Assembly: GCA_963693365.1 (NCBI GenBank)
Contig: CAVNZM010000005.1
Coordinates: 1,860,001-1,924,000, forward strand
Source of the DNA: Amoebidium appalachense
Taxonomy: Eukaryota; Protista; Ichthyosporea
DNA length: 64,000 nucleotides
Reading direction: 5' to 3'
The notes under the pieces were generated by a model. The model was not told where the DNA came from and searched no databases. It saw only the letters and a list, made by a program, of their open reading frames with translations. Below, one piece after another: positions 57,794 through 64,000 of the stretch. Each line of letters starts with the position of its first letter. Position 1 is the first letter of the stretch. A program made the translations under genes and the position numbers.

Positions 57794-58916
57794 TCTGGGG
57801 TTTGTGGACCTGTATAGTGCAAGGTAGTAATTTTTGTAGATAGATTATGCACTCTTTCAGACTTGTTTACGATTTATTGATATATGTAATTGTTAACAAA
57901 ATTTCGTATACTCGACCCGCGCGTTATGCTTGTGACCTGGAGTGTGATCAAATCAGTACCAAGCACATTACAACTGATTGCCATTTGTTATGTTGTCTTA
58001 AAGCGTCGACAAAAATTGTGGTCGAAAATGTAGGAATTGCACGTAGCAACATTGACATATATGTTGATTTGAGCGTATATTGCCTATTAGAAAGGATTTT
58101 TATTTTAATTTCTTTTTGCGACTGCCATATTTGCACATAGGGGCGGCTGGGTCCCCCTTCTGTCCGTGAATGTTCCTTGCCCGTGTGGGCTTCTTTGCAA
58201 GTAAATACTGCCTATTTTTAGCTGTTGTGTTCACTCTGAGTGCCTCAAGGTATCGTGACAATTTTATGAGTAAATATTTGACCACAGCTGTGGATCCGGA
58301 GTGGTGAGCAATCATGGTGGCACATATAGCAGGCAACTGGCAGTTGTCATGATATCCGAGCTGCAAGGTGTACGGCAGAGCAAACGCTGCAAGTGTGCTT
58401 GCACTGTTCGATTTTTCCTGGTACGTTTGTGGACACCACTCTTTTGACCATGTAGTAGAAGTGTTCGGTGCAAGGCACCCTAGATCTGCCAGGGCTGCCG
58501 AAATCTCCACACATCACACGATAACAATATGTGCTTGCCGAAATCCAGGGGGATCGACGGGTGGGAAAGGAGGAGGATGAGGTGAAGGGGGGGGGGGGGG
58601 GGGGGGGGGGAGTTGTTGGTCACTTGAACAGAACTGAGTATGAATGTGTACCACACGTATACAGCTACCTTTTGAGGTATACGTCATTATGGTACTCAAA
58701 GTTTTATTGCTTTTTGCGCGTCGACGCCCCCAAATATTAAACCTCTTAAGCTTACATGGCATTGGGCCTATTTCTGCCCTTGCAAGAAATGACACTCAAG
58801 TGCAAAACTGTCCACCATGCAGTGACCCCCCAGCCCTTTCCCCCCCAAACACACATTTTCACCCGCTCCGACCCCCCCCCCCCGACCCCCTTCCCTCTCC
58901 TCCTCCCCCCCCCCCC

Positions 58917-58948
<32 letters not shown>

Positions 58949-59279
58949 CCCCCCTCCTCCCCCACCACCAAACACATTGTCACCCACTCTGACCCCCCCC
59001 CCCTCCCCCCCTGCCAAGCACATACTCACCCACACACACAAATACACACACATTACCCCTCCCACAACAACTCCCACCTTCATCCCTCGTTACACATCTG
59101 ATCAAGACACCACCACCATCACCAGAGAGTGAGAGTTCTTAAGCTATTACATATTCCACGGCAAAAATTTAAAAAGCACGAACACGGAGTAGCAGCCAAA
59201 GAAAGGAGAAACGGAGGAAGGAAACGGAGTAGGGAGGGGGACGAGGGAGAGGAGAAGGTACACAAAGAAGGGTGTGTGT

Positions 59280-59312
<33 letters not shown>

Positions 59313-59815
59313 CATGTGTGTGTGTGTGTGTGTGTGATGTGTGTGTGTTTGGAGGGGGAGGGTGGGTGGGGGGAGGGGGGGAGGACGAGAGAGAATAGTC
59401 GTGGAGGGGGGAATTTACCGTGTGTATCTATGATCAGAGTGAAATAACGCTACTACCCTAATGCCAAGATGCAGTGCAAGAACAAGTGGAAAGGTGTGAC
59501 ATACATTTAAAAAAGGAGTCCATAAAAAAAAAGGAATGAACTAGTCTGTGATACCCGTTAGGAAAGGAGGCAGAAAGAGTATTTACTAGTACCTACTTAT
59601 ACGGGGGCGGGGCCAAAAGTACGTGATAATATTATGGTGCAAGGGAAATGCCATCACCTGAAACTAGGGCTGCATACAAAGATAGCGAACGGCTTGCCTG
59701 CCTGCATGCCTGTGCAGCTACTAAATAATATTTAAAGCCAATCACAGTTCCGCCGCAAAGGGCGGAGGAGGGGGGGGAAGGGAGGGGAGGGAGGGGTGCT
59801 TCTGTCAATTCTGGC

Positions 59816-63631
<3,816 letters not shown>

Positions 63632-63688
63632 CTGCAGCCCATCAACATTCAGTTAGTCTCAAACCCCAGCCCCCCCAGCCCAGCCCAG

Positions 63689-63734
<46 letters not shown>

Positions 63735-63955
63735 CCCGCCCGCCCGTTCGCCTGCCTGCCCGCCCGCCCACCGCTGTGCTCGTCCCCGATCAAATTGGTA
63801 ACACATTCATAGGTGCAGTATTTGTGTTGGGCTTTACATGGTGGTCAATGGGTTGAAACTCTGGTATTGGAAGGACGTACAATGTAACAAACACAGCTAC
63901 CGCCCTCCTCCCCCCCCCCTCCCCTCCCCCCCCCCCCTCTCCCCCAATAATAATG

Positions 63956-64000
<45 letters not shown>

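Overview
Eukaryotic, intron-rich genomic DNA. Introns and spacers are saturated with (CA/GT)n, (GA/CT)n, (TA)n and poly-G/C runs, so most entries in the ORF track are low-complexity artefacts. An animal-type tRNA-iMet primer site and the gene mix suggest a unicellular opisthokont, possibly an ichthyosporean (inference only). Genes reconstructed by hand: a spliced unknown gene (-); a Cys-rich protein with an HNH-like motif (+); a secreted PAN/apple + Spherulin-4 (GH135-like) protein (-); a questin-oxidase-family gene (-); a secreted Kazal protein (-); an intronless stand-alone formiminotetrahydrofolate cyclodeaminase (+); a membrane-anchored double cystatin (+); an intronless orphan (+); and the 3' part of an AlkA/MAG-type HhH-GPD glycosylase (-). 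The most striking locus is a nested mobile structure at 32.6-37.8 kb. A tiny tandem TRIM (three 135-bp LTRs, tRNA-iMet PBS, TAAA target duplication) has its first LTR split by a 4.3-kb element. That element is bounded by terminal inverted repeats with an ACT duplication, yet encodes an APE endonuclease-reverse transcriptase rather than a recognisable transposase, and a second inner inverted repeat frames the RT region.
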